A DNA stretch of 61,534 nt, taken from a virus (taxonomy: Duplodnaviria > Caudoviricetes). This document shows, in pieces, positions 53,452 to 61,534 of the stretch. Made by a program: the position numbers and the translations under genes. Below the pieces are notes generated by a model. That model had not been told where the DNA came from, did no database searches, and saw nothing but the letters and a program-made list of their open reading frames with translations. Position 1 is the first letter of the stretch. Every line of letters begins with the position of its first letter. The stretch lies in the IMG/VR virus record IMGVR_UViG_3300042539_001144, positions 1 to 61,534 of that record, one strand, 5' to 3'.

Positions 53452-54573
53452 TCAGGCAGCCGCGACCAACTTGAAGAAGTTGCGCGGCGAGACGAAGCGC
53501 ATGTTGGCGAGGACGGACGCCACGTAGCGGTACGACTGGTTCGATTCCGAGTAGTACGGTCCCTCCGCCGTGATCAACTGTCCCTCCATGCAGTGGAGGT
53601 ACATGTTGGCGATCGACAGGCCGTAGCCGCAGCCCGTGGGCACCGCGTACTCCGTGCTGATCTCGACGCCGTCCTGCTCGAACACGTCCGAGAAGCCGTA
53701 GGACTTCAGGCCGTTCGTCCGCGTGACGATCGTGCGCTCCTTCGAGTCGAGCCGGTTCATGTAGTCGATGAACATGCGCCGGTCGAGCATCACGAGGTCG
53801 ATGGCCGACTCCTTCGTGTCGTTGCGCTTCGACTGGTGGACGCCCTCGCGGACGGCCTCGACGCACTGGTCCTTCCACGTCGGGGTCTCGCCCTTGAAGA
53901 ACGAGGACGTGTAGTTGACGATGATCGGGGAGTAGTAGTCATACTCCGGGTCGCACGCGACGTTCGGCCACGATCCCTTCTCCAACTGCGAACCGGCTTC
54001 GGCGCCGAGTTCGGTGGAGAGCGTGGCGTAGGTGTCCTTCGCCCAGCAGAACGGGTCCTCGGGGCGGGCAGTCTTCTCCTGCGCGCCGGTGTCGACGTTC
54101 ACCGTGCCTTCGTACTGGAACATGGAGTCGAGGCCGTTGAACCGCAACTCGTTCCCGACGGCGTCCCCGTTGACGTACACCTCACGCGCGAGGTGCTGCT
54201 CCATCGACTCCTGAAGACGCGAGGCCATCTTCCCGGCGACGTTGATGAGCGCCTGCTGGCCGCGGTTCTCCAGCATCTCCCGACGGTAGATCGCGTCCGT
54301 GACCTGATAGCCGCGCCAATCGAGTTTCGCGGTCTTCCAGAGGTTCTGGCGCGCGAAGGTCCGAGCCGTCGTGCCATCGTTTCCGCTCACCGGCTGGTTG
54401 CGGAATCTCACCTCCCACGAGAAGCCCCTGCCTGACTGATTGGTCAGCACGTTGCCCGAGCCTTCGAGCGCGGCGAACACGCGGAACTTGCGAAGGACGG
54501 CGATCTCCTCCTCGCGGAGGTAGTTGGTGATCGTCGTCCCGATCGCGCGTGCCCAATCAGTGGCCGATGCCAT
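53452..54573 (-). CDS. major capsid protein
   Basis: 373 aa after an acidic scaffold-like gene; N.G.QALIN, G.....FNGL and F.DV..DGVEI patterns. Confidence 0.8.
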   Translation of the reverse strand: MASATDWARAIGTTITNYLREEEIAVLRKFRVFAALEGSGNVLTNQSGRGFSWEVRFRNQPVSGNDGTTARTFARQNLWKTAKLDWRGYQVTDAIYRREMLENRGQQALINVAGKMASRLQESMEQHLAREVYVNGDAVGNELRFNGLDSMFQYEGTVNVDTGAQEKTARPEDPFCWAKDTYATLSTELGAEAGSQLEKGSWPNVACDPEYDYYSPIIVNYTSSFFKGETPTWKDQCVEAVREGVHQSKRNDTKESAIDLVMLDRRMFIDYMNRLDSKERTIVTRTNGLKSYGFSDVFEQDGVEISTEYAVPTGCGYGLSIANMYLHCMEGQLITAEGPYYSESNQSYRYVASVLANMRFVSPRNFFKLVAAA

Positions 54574-54595
54574 GCGTGCGTCCTTGTGTTGGGGG

Positions 54596-55675
54596 CTAGA
54601 TCAGCCCGTCGCCTTCGAGTGTCAGTCGCAGTCGTTCCTCGAACGATGTCCCGAGGCGCGCTGCCGCGGGACTGTTCGTTGTTGCCCCCGCCCGGTTGGC
54701 GGTCCGAGACGCGGCACGCCGCAGGTACTCCATGTTGGCCTCCGCGTGAGACTGCCTCGGGGTGGGCGACGGTGCCGCTTGCCGAGTGGTCTGCGGGAGG
54801 GCGCTCTGGAATGCCTGCTGCTGTGACTGTCTCGCCTGCGCGTCACGAGCCTGATACAGAAGGTCGCGCTCAACCATCTGTAGGGCGTAGTTCCATCGGG
54901 CCTCCGGTGAGGAGATGCCCATGGCCTTCGCCTGCTCGATGTAGTTTCTGGCTGCCTCGCCCTCCGGTGAGACATTCCCGCTCTGGTCGTACAGCCAGTC
55001 TCGGTTCGACTGTTCGAGCGTGGAGACGAACTGATGCCGCTCCATCTCGGCGAAACGAGACTGCACGATCTCCTGCGCCTGCTGCTGCGCGAGGCGCGCG
55101 ACCATGGGGGACAGCGCCTCCTCCGGGTTGGTCAGGAACTTCTCGGCGAAGTTCTGCCGGTACTGGAAGTACTCCGAGATCGCATGCCGGGCATCGATCG
55201 GTGCGTCCGGCGAGATGGCATCGCGGCCGTTCTCGTCCTTGACGATGTACCGCTTGTAGGCGTCACGGAGTTGCGGCGGGTTCCACCACGACTCCTGCTG
55301 GGGCGCCTGCTGCGGCGGAGCCTGCTGAGGCTGCGGCTGGCTGCGAGACGCCAGCCACTTCTCGTACTCGGGGCGGTCTTCGAGGTACTGCCGGGTGTGA
55401 GGCAGGAGTTGCTGGTACTGGGCCAGCGCATGGCTTGCCTGCTTCTCGCGCTCCATCGCCTGATAGAGGCGGACGGCGATCTCCCGGTCGTCGTCAACGC
55501 CTTGGAAGTCGGGCAGCGACCGGAAGGCAGAGAAGATACTCTGCTCCGGCGGCCCCTCGTCGGCTTGCGGCTCGGGATCGACCTCGGGCGCCTCCGGCTC
55601 GGGGGCCTCGTTCTCGATCTCCGGCAGGTTGTCATCCTCGACCGGACCGTCCGACATGACCTCTTCGTCGCTCAT
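54596..55675 (-). CDS. capsid scaffolding protein (putative)
   Basis: Acidic N-terminus, Q-rich helical body, directly before the MCP. Confidence 0.65.
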   Translation of the reverse strand: MSDEEVMSDGPVEDDNLPEIENEAPEPEAPEVDPEPQADEGPPEQSIFSAFRSLPDFQGVDDDREIAVRLYQAMEREKQASHALAQYQQLLPHTRQYLEDRPEYEKWLASRSQPQPQQAPPQQAPQQESWWNPPQLRDAYKRYIVKDENGRDAISPDAPIDARHAISEYFQYRQNFAEKFLTNPEEALSPMVARLAQQQAQEIVQSRFAEMERHQFVSTLEQSNRDWLYDQSGNVSPEGEAARNYIEQAKAMGISSPEARWNYALQMVERDLLYQARDAQARQSQQQAFQSALPQTTRQAAPSPTPRQSHAEANMEYLRRAASRTANRAGATTNSPAAARLGTSFEERLRLTLEGDGLI

Positions 55676-55691
55676 GGGGTTCCCTCGGGGG

Positions 55692-56138
55692 TTACTTGAA
55701 GACCTGCGTGCCGTACGGCTGACCGTCGTTCGTCATCACCACGCCGACGCCGATCTCGCTGTAGTTCGGGTTCAGCATGTTGCGGCGGTGGCCCGGGCTC
55801 GCGTACCACGCCTCGACCATGGCCTCGGGCGACTTGTAGTTCCAGATGACGTTCTCGCCCCACCCGGCGGCGCCGCTGTGGTACATGCGCCGCTGTCTGG
55901 CCTGCGTGCCGCTCCAGCCGCGGGCGAACTTCATCGCCTTCTCGGTGACCTTCAGCGGACGCAGCCCGTGACGTCTCCGGATGGCGTTGGTCAGGTCGAC
56001 GACCTTGTACTCCCACGCACTGCCGACGGTGACTCGACGGCACACGCCGCCGTTGCACTCGGTCCTGATCAGCCTGTTCTCGGCGGTCGCTGCTTGGCAG
56101 AGTGCCAGAGCGACCAGCACGACGATTGCGTGCCGCAT
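55692..56138 (-). CDS. secreted CAP (SCP/PR-1) domain protein
   Basis: Signal peptide; N.IR..HGL.PL, GENV, WYASPGHRRNML, IGVG. Confidence 0.9.
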   Translation of the reverse strand: MRHAIVVLVALALCQAATAENRLIRTECNGGVCRRVTVGSAWEYKVVDLTNAIRRRHGLRPLKVTEKAMKFARGWSGTQARQRRMYHSGAAGWGENVIWNYKSPEAMVEAWYASPGHRRNMLNPNYSEIGVGVVMTNDGQPYGTQVFK

Positions 56139-56169
56139 GGTTGCCTCCTGCTCGATTGGGGCGCCTTGT

Positions 56170-56201
56170 TTATGGCGACGACCGAAGCGAGTGAGACATA
56201 A
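56170..56201. promoter_or_regulatory. divergent candidate late promoters
   Basis: CGCCATAA on - strand (56170-56177) before the CAP/scaffold/MCP operon; GACATAA on + strand before ATG 56209. Confidence 0.5.
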
Positions 56202-56208
56202 GGAGGTC

Positions 56209-57588
56209 ATGGGAAATCCGAACCAAGCACACGTCGACAGCGGGCTCGCCCTGACCCGCAAGCACCTGACCGATGTCGTGGGTCGATACCTGCCCGACGA
56301 GCCCGACCTCGGGCCAGACCAGATCGCATCCATCCTGCTCGGCGAGCCGGACCATCCGATGCGGGGCTACCTCGTTGAGGCCCTCGACGATGCGATGGTG
56401 GCGGCATCGCAGGGCCACTCGCCGGGCATCACCGCAGACGAGCGCGCAGCCGCGGGCGGCAACTCCGTGCTGCCCGACTACCTGCTCGGCGAGGGAGACC
56501 AGCGGCTCTACGGAGTGCTGCGGGACAGCAACCTTCTGAACGCCGTCGTCGGGCGCAAGCCGGTGGCGACGGCCCGTGATCTGGAGAAGGCCAACTACCG
56601 AACTGCCGAGGATGGCTCGGTAGTTCCCGATCGGCCTTGGAGCCCCCCTTGGTACGGCGTCGAGCCGTCCGCGGAGCAGCAGAAGTTTGCCGCCGACTAC
56701 CGCCTCGCGGAGGCAGGGCACAACTTCGAGCAGGCTTCGAGCATGCCGACCAAGCACTCGACGTTCTTCGGGTCACCGTACCCGCAGAACCAAGTCGTCG
56801 GCGAGCCCGAGACCCTCGCCAACTCTTGGACCAACAACGGCGACGGGGTGGTTGGGAATGCGATCACTCCGTTCGTGACGTGGCCCGAAGCGAGCCGCCG
56901 GGCGGTGCGACGGGACGAGCCGGACATTCTCCCGGGAGCAGAGAGCCTCCCGGGGCAGGTCATCAACGTCGCGGGGAAGTGGCTGAAGAACTTCCCCGGG
57001 GAGTTGGCGAACGCGGGCGTGCAGGGCTGGGGGCACACGGCCACCAACAGGGCCAGCCCGCTGGTGCCCCGCGGAGTGAAGGACCCCGAACTCCGTCAGG
57101 CGTCCATCGACAACGTGAAGCACTTCGCCGACTCGGCGCAGGCCCCCGACGTCCATGCGTACGGCGCGTCCAAGGGGATCGGGTACTCGCCCACGGCGGG
57201 GTGGCTGTACGACATGCTGCACGAGTTCGCCGACCCGACCACGCCCGCGATCGGGGTAGGCCGCGGCGCCTACGCAGCAGTGAAGGGCGGCATGCAGGCC
57301 GGGTACAGGGGAGTCCTCGGCGGGCTGCTCAAGGAGGTGCCGAAAGCAGTCGCGGGAGAAGGAGTGGAGGAGGCGTCGAGCCCGACCAACTACGCGGTCG
57401 GCGCCCTCTCGTACCCGTTCGCCGAAGTCGCAAGCAAGCCGACGTGGGGCAAGATGGTCGAGCACGCCCTTACTGCACCGGAGATCAGCCCAAGTCAGCA
57501 GGCGAAGGCGCAGCAGGAGATTGCCGAGCAGGGGCGGAAGAACGACAACGCTTTCCGCAGCCTCCGCGAGGTGCGCGGGGACTACTAG
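56209..57588 (+). CDS. hypothetical protein, possibly virion/ejection
   Basis: AAGGAGG RBS; 459 aa; FADPTT..IG.G motif like that of the 1240-aa protein. Confidence 0.7.
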   Translation: MGNPNQAHVDSGLALTRKHLTDVVGRYLPDEPDLGPDQIASILLGEPDHPMRGYLVEALDDAMVAASQGHSPGITADERAAAGGNSVLPDYLLGEGDQRLYGVLRDSNLLNAVVGRKPVATARDLEKANYRTAEDGSVVPDRPWSPPWYGVEPSAEQQKFAADYRLAEAGHNFEQASSMPTKHSTFFGSPYPQNQVVGEPETLANSWTNNGDGVVGNAITPFVTWPEASRRAVRRDEPDILPGAESLPGQVINVAGKWLKNFPGELANAGVQGWGHTATNRASPLVPRGVKDPELRQASIDNVKHFADSAQAPDVHAYGASKGIGYSPTAGWLYDMLHEFADPTTPAIGVGRGAYAAVKGGMQAGYRGVLGGLLKEVPKAVAGEGVEEASSPTNYAVGALSYPFAEVASKPTWGKMVEHALTAPEISPSQQAKAQQEIAEQGRKNDNAFRSLREVRGDY

Positions 57589-57853
57589 CCTTCAGGGCCT
57601 CGATCTCTTCGAGGGCCAGACGATACTTGGCGTTGAGGGCGTACAACTCCGCCCGCACCCCGTCGGCGATGCTGCGCCACTCGTCGGCCTCCCCTGTGAT
57701 GTGATCCGCCCGGGCCCGCTCGTACCTGTGCCCAAGGCGAAGGCGCTCGACCTCGTGCCGTAGGTCGGCGATCTCCGTGCGGGCGTCCTCGGCGGTGGCG
57801 TACAGCCGCGGGGTGTAGACCCAGTCGGCGAGACGTTCGAGGATGTCAGTCAC
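57485..57853 (-). CDS. coiled-coil hypothetical protein
   Basis: MTDILERL...EIADLR.EVERLR. Confidence 0.6.
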   Translation of the reverse strand: MTDILERLADWVYTPRLYATAEDARTEIADLRHEVERLRLGHRYERARADHITGEADEWRSIADGVRAELYALNAKYRLALEEIEALKASSPRAPRGGCGKRCRSSAPARQSPAAPSPADLG

Positions 57854-58022
57854 TGCTGCCTCTCTCCTGAAGGTACAGGCGACCCTTGAGGTTGATCACC
57901 TCGACTCGGAGTCGGTCGGCTTCGGTGGCGTGGTGCTGGGCTCGGCCGATCCACCAGTCACGGGACTCACGGAGTTCTCGGACCTCGTCTTCGCAGTTCT
58001 CTCTCTCCACTCCTTCATCCAT
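57846..58022 (-). CDS. hypothetical protein
   Basis: AAGGAGG RBS before ATG 58022. Confidence 0.45.
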   Translation of the reverse strand: MDEGVERENCEDEVRELRESRDWWIGRAQHHATEADRLRVEVINLKGRLYLQERGSSD

Positions 58023-58222
58023 GCGTCGACCTCCTTCTCGGAAAAGTACTCCGGCACACAAATCTCGAACGGCAGCGGGAAGTGGCGAAGGATGCCGCGG
58101 GCCTCGGCCCGTACCTCTCCGCGGATGCCCTTGATGCCGCCGGGCGAGTAGACGTACGCGATCCGCTCAAGGAGCCTGCGCGCCTCCATCACCGAGCGGG
58201 TCCGCTGCTCGGGTAGGGTCAT
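57896..58222 (-). CDS. BPSL0761-like protein
   Basis: MTLPEQRTRSV...VRAEARGILRHFP. Confidence 0.6.
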   Translation of the reverse strand: MTLPEQRTRSVMEARRLLERIAYVYSPGGIKGIRGEVRAEARGILRHFPLPFEICVPEYFSEKEVDAWMKEWRERTAKTRSENSVSPVTGGSAEPSTTPPKPTDSESR

Positions 58223-58875
58223 TTGGTCCTCTCCAGCAGGGAGCGGAGCGTGGCGGCAACCCGCAAGCCATCGACTCCTCCAGCCTGATGGCAGTTGAGG
58301 ATTGCCATGTCCACCGCCATCCGCTCCTCGTCGGTGAGCGTGAACGGCGTCAGGGAGCAGTACTGCGTCGTGCGTCCGACGACGTATGGGCACGCCCCCG
58401 CCCCGCCTACATCAGCGACCTCGGTGGCACCGAGGCTTTCGGCAGGGGCAGGGGCGGCCGCCTGATCTGTCGCAGTTTCGCCGTTCGTGCGACACGTCGC
58501 CGCGATCTGTCGCTGGCGAAGACATTCCCGCCAGAGGGCGTCAGCGGCAGCGGCGAGGGTCTTCCTCGCATCGTCGGAGCCGGAGGTGGCGGCGCGAACG
58601 CAGACGATCAGGTCTCTCTTCTTGCCTATCCCGTTCGCATTGACCGACACGGAGAGGTCAAACAAGAGCGACTGCGCGAGGTCCAGCGCATCGAGGACGG
58701 ACTGCTGCACAGGATCGCGCCCTCCCGGCGGGCAGGCCCTCGGCTCGTCTCGGATGGTGGCTTCGAGGCGCATCCTCTCGATCTCGTCCGCCGCCTCGTC
58801 CATGAGGTCTCCGCACGGGACTGCGTTGACCGAGACCGTCCACTTGCGCAGGCGATAAACGATGTCGTCAGTCAT
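58219..58875 (-). CDS. hypothetical protein
   Basis: MTDDIVYRLR...EAADEIERMR phage motif. Confidence 0.65.
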   Translation of the reverse strand: MTDDIVYRLRKWTVSVNAVPCGDLMDEAADEIERMRLEATIRDEPRACPPGGRDPVQQSVLDALDLAQSLLFDLSVSVNANGIGKKRDLIVCVRAATSGSDDARKTLAAAADALWRECLRQRQIAATCRTNGETATDQAAAPAPAESLGATEVADVGGAGACPYVVGRTTQYCSLTPFTLTDEERMAVDMAILNCHQAGGVDGLRVAATLRSLLERTK

Positions 58876-59119
58876 GGTTCCACCTCACCGTGATGTAGGT
58901 GCCAAGGAACGCGCCGAGCACGAGCGGCACGATGTACAGGGGGTTGTGCGAGTACGTCAGGATGCCGTACGCCAGCAGCCCGTAGATCACGGAGGAGAGC
59001 GCCGCGGCCCGGAACGCCCGGCGGCGGCCGACCTCAAGGATGTAGGCGGCGTAGAGGATGTCGATCAGCACGTACGTCGCGAAGACGCAGATCGCGACGA
59101 ATGGGTCAAAATCGGTCAC
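58868..59119 (-). CDS. small membrane protein
   Basis: Three hydrophobic segments; GAFLGTYI. Confidence 0.7.
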   Translation of the reverse strand: MTDFDPFVAICVFATYVLIDILYAAYILEVGRRRAFRAAALSSVIYGLLAYGILTYSHNPLYIVPLVLGAFLGTYITVRWNHD

Positions 59120-59307
59120 GGCTCCTCCTCCAACTGCCTCTTGTTGAGGTCGGCGTTGACGTCTCGCAGGGCGCCGATCAGCCGCCGCATGTTGAGGGCC
59201 TCGGACTTCAGCCGGTCCGATTCGATGTTGGCCTGTTGCAGGGCCTCCCGCAGGAAGTCGATCTCATGCTGGGCCCCGAGCAGGTTCATCAGCCACTGTC
59301 GCATCAC
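59116..59307 (-). CDS. coiled-coil hypothetical protein
   Basis: 63 aa; coupled to neighbours. Confidence 0.55.
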   Translation of the reverse strand: MMRQWLMNLLGAQHEIDFLREALQQANIESDRLKSEALNMRRLIGALRDVNADLNKRQLEEEP

Positions 59308-59666
59308 TCGTCCTCCACCCGGATCAGTCCACGGGCCACCCCGCCCTGATCAACATCTCCCGCAGCCTCTCGATCTCCTTGCGGAGCCTGCGGTTCTCCT
59401 CCTTCAACGACGCCGATGGGTCGGATGAAGATGGGGGTGTGCTCGCCGACGAAGCAGCAGACGGTGTTGAACTCAAGGAAGTCGTCGGCGTCTTCATAGG
59501 TCATCCCGTCGCGCCGCATGAGGGCAGCGATGCACTTCTCGATGTCGTAGACCGCCACGGGGACGCGGTGCGTGTTCACGGTCAGGCCGATGTAGCCGTC
59601 CTCCAGCCCGTCGGCCAGCAGGATGTCGTCGTCGACCTCGGCGATGGCTTCCTTGTCGATGGGCAT
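59304..59666 (-). CDS. conserved phage protein
   Basis: LLADG...IG...AVYD..KC...GMTYEDA.DF.EFN....VGE.TP. Confidence 0.7.
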   Translation of the reverse strand: MPIDKEAIAEVDDDILLADGLEDGYIGLTVNTHRVPVAVYDIEKCIAALMRRDGMTYEDADDFLEFNTVCCFVGEHTPIFIRPIGVVEGGEPQAPQGDREAAGDVDQGGVARGLIRVEDE

Positions 59667-59702
59667 CGCAACTCCTTCCGTGGCAGCGACTTGAGTCCGT
59701 TC

Positions 59703-59751
59703 TGGAAAATGGAAACCAGCCGTCCCGGTTTCAGTGGCCCGGGACGGCTGG
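59703..59751 (-). terminator. rho-independent terminator after ssb
   Basis: 13-bp stem CCAGCCGTCCCGG/CCGGGACGGCTGG followed on the - strand by TTTCCATTTT. Confidence 0.6.
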
Positions 59752-59772
59752 CCCCAACGACCCATCCTTGGG

Positions 59773-60147
59773 TCAGAACCCGCCCCAGTCCTCGGACGCG
59801 CTGGACGACTCGGACTTGGGCCCGCCGCCACGCTTGGGCCACCGCAGGGAGACGCCCACGTCGTCGGCCAAGACGGTGATCGAGGTGCGCTCGTTGCCGT
59901 CCTTGTCCTGATACTTCTCGACCTCCAGCCGCCCGACCACGATCACGCGGTCTCCCTGCTGGACCTTCTCGGAGACGAGGCTCGCCATCTCCTTGAAGCA
60001 CAGCACGTTGACCCACGAGGTCACCGGCTCCCGGCCTTCCTGCTTCCGGGTGCTGGCGACCGAGAAGCGGCACATGCTCTCGCCGCCCTTGGTCTGCTTG
60101 AGTTCGGGCTGCTTGCCCACGTTGCCGTCGATCTCGACACGAATCAT
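59773..60147 (-). CDS. ssb: single-stranded DNA-binding protein
   Basis: GNVGKQPEL, FSVA, W.NV.CF, GDRVIVVGRL; acidic aromatic tail EDWGGF. Confidence 0.92.
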   Translation of the reverse strand: MIRVEIDGNVGKQPELKQTKGGESMCRFSVASTRKQEGREPVTSWVNVLCFKEMASLVSEKVQQGDRVIVVGRLEVEKYQDKDGNERTSITVLADDVGVSLRWPKRGGGPKSESSSASEDWGGF

Positions 60148-60240
60148 CTGCGGGTCCTCCGTTGGGGTGAGCGATCAAACCTCACGCATCGTACGGAGGT
60201 CGTCAATGCGTCCGCGCACATCGATATCTCGGCGCAAAAC

Positions 60241-60273
60241 GTGATGCTCTCCGCGGAATCGCTCACGCCATAA
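60241..60273 (+). promoter_or_regulatory. candidate late promoter
   Basis: GTGATGCT-N17-CGCCATAA, same as 46253-46285. Confidence 0.55.
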
Positions 60274-60315
60274 CGTCAGTGCCCCGAGCAGATCACACCC
60301 TCAAGGTGCCCGCCC

Positions 60316-61086
60316 ATGATCCGCTCTCTGCTCCAGACCGTTGCGTTCGCCATCTCACTCGTCGCCGCGGCCGTGGTTGGTCTCGTGCTGGCGATCGGCG
60401 GTGCCTCGTACGCGCTCGGCGGCACGATCACCGGCACGGCGGAGTACTACGATTCGCCCGTCCGGCTCATGGGCTCGGACGACTTCGCGGTGTGGGGCGG
60501 CCCCAGCCTCACGGCCAGTGCAGTCAAGGGGGCGGGCCTGATCCACTACACGCTCACGGGGGTCGGCGCTGGTGAGTCGTCGCTCGCCAGCGGCAACTAC
60601 GCGGCGGTGTTCGGGACCGGGACCTCGTGGACTCCGGGCGGCATTTACTGGACCGGCAACCAGAACGGCAAGGGCTTCACGCTCACGGTGCCGGGCGATG
60701 CCATGGAGGGAAGGACCCTCGGCGTGTGGGTCTTCACGAACGGCCCGGCGGGCGGCCGACTGATCGCCAGCGGGGTCGGGTTTGACGGGAGCCCCGTGGG
60801 GATGGCCCCGATCACGATCGAGCCGTACCGCCAGACGCTGCTGCTCCTCTCGGCCACCGGGCTGGAGTCAGGGTTGTCCGTCACCCTGACCAGCACGAGC
60901 AGCGTATCCAGCGCCTCGGGGCAGTTCGTCCTCGGCGCCGCAGCACTGACGCCGCTCGCCGTCCCCGAGCCGGAGTACTGGCTGGCGGGGCTGATCGTCC
61001 TGATGGGCATGCTGGCGTACTGGCTGTTCATGTCCACCGTGGGGCGGATCATCCGCGACGGCGACGGGGACCGGCGGGACCCGTAG
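60316..61086 (+). CDS. PEP-CTERM surface protein
   Basis: N-terminal hydrophobic signal; C-terminal AVPEP, TM helix and basic residues. Confidence 0.75.
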   Translation: MIRSLLQTVAFAISLVAAAVVGLVLAIGGASYALGGTITGTAEYYDSPVRLMGSDDFAVWGGPSLTASAVKGAGLIHYTLTGVGAGESSLASGNYAAVFGTGTSWTPGGIYWTGNQNGKGFTLTVPGDAMEGRTLGVWVFTNGPAGGRLIASGVGFDGSPVGMAPITIEPYRQTLLLLSATGLESGLSVTLTSTSSVSSASGQFVLGAAALTPLAVPEPEYWLAGLIVLMGMLAYWLFMSTVGRIIRDGDGDRRDP

Positions 61087-61092
61087 CGCCCC

Positions 61093-61188
61093 TCACGCCG
61101 GGCCGTCGATGAACTCGATCATGGCGTCGAGCAGCGCGAGCATCTCTGCATCGCAGTCCTCGTCAGAGATTTGTTCCCAGCCCGCCAT
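61093..61188 (-). CDS. small acidic peptide (31 aa)
   Basis: GAGGTGG RBS and CGCCATAA upstream; MAGWEQISDEDCDAEMLALLDAMIEFIDGPA. Confidence 0.4.
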   Translation of the reverse strand: MAGWEQISDEDCDAEMLALLDAMIEFIDGPA

Positions 61189-61338
61189 GAGTCCACCTCG
61201 TGGTGGTTATGGCGGGACCATTTTCGTGATTCTCGAATCGCGAAACGTCACCAGACGCAATAGGAGGCGATCTCCCGGCCGATCAGCCTCCGGGGGTGTC
61301 AGGGCAGCCTGAACACCCGTACAGGCCCGGAGAAGTGA

Positions 61339-61534
61339 TTATAGAGCCTCGACGATGGGCAGGGTCTTCTGGCCCGGGAGAAAGCGCTGGTCTGCTACGG
61401 GCGGGGGAGGGGCTGGCGCCGGGTCCTTGGCGGTCGGTCTGGAGCGGTATCGATTGGTCACATTCCGGACTTGGCCGCCGTGCCACGCCCGGCCGGTTCG
61501 CTGCCTAGACCCCCATCGGTTCAGGGCCGCGGCA
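61339..61534 (-). CDS. 3' end of the junction-spanning HNH-recombinase-domain gene
   Basis: Frame continues from position 1 via the overlap to TAA at 61341-61339. Confidence 0.75.
   Translation of the reverse strand, partial: AAALNRWGSRQRTGRAWHGGQVRNVTNRYRSRPTAKDPAPAPPPPVADQRFLPGQKTLPIVEAL
61408..61534. repeat. Terminal direct repeat, copy 2
   Basis: Identical to 1-127. Confidence 0.95.

Noticed and set aside
61408-61534. Biological direct terminal repeat
   Set aside because: Exactly 127 nt and falls mid-gene; best explained as assembler overlap of a circular contig

Overview
This window looks like a complete, circularly assembled, high-GC temperate tailed-phage genome of about 61.4 kb. 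Bases 1-127 repeat exactly at 61408-61534, and one ORF reads across that junction. The morphogenesis module appears podovirus-like: terminase, portal, scaffold, major capsid, adaptor/nozzle, many fibre proteins, large probable ejection proteins, and no tape measure seen. Several host-type proteins (PEP-CTERM, CAP, SHD1-like) suggest a Planctomycetota/PVC host, which is inference only. Layout: (i) + strand early region 0.9-12.5 kb of small genes, a GP88-like gene, an AAA ATPase plus DUF2201/VWA peptidase, an HNH gene and a serine recombinase; (ii) - strand sigma factor, Holliday junction resolvase, helicase, ERF and RecE-like genes; (iii) a tRNA-Pro(CGG) 3' fragment (probable attP) beside a tyrosine integrase; (iv) - strand virion genes; (v) ssb and accessory genes. 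Most notable: an oriented motif GATCGGCTGAnwGTTyy plus covarying GCGTT-loop hairpins at early gene junctions, flanked by two proteins with serine-recombinase-type DNA-binding domains; a GCCATAA candidate late promoter that may be read by the phage sigma factor; attP inside the open frame of the RecE-like gene; a fibre motif split across successive fibre genes; and a very Cys-rich repeat protein. All family calls come from motif recognition by eye, not database searches.
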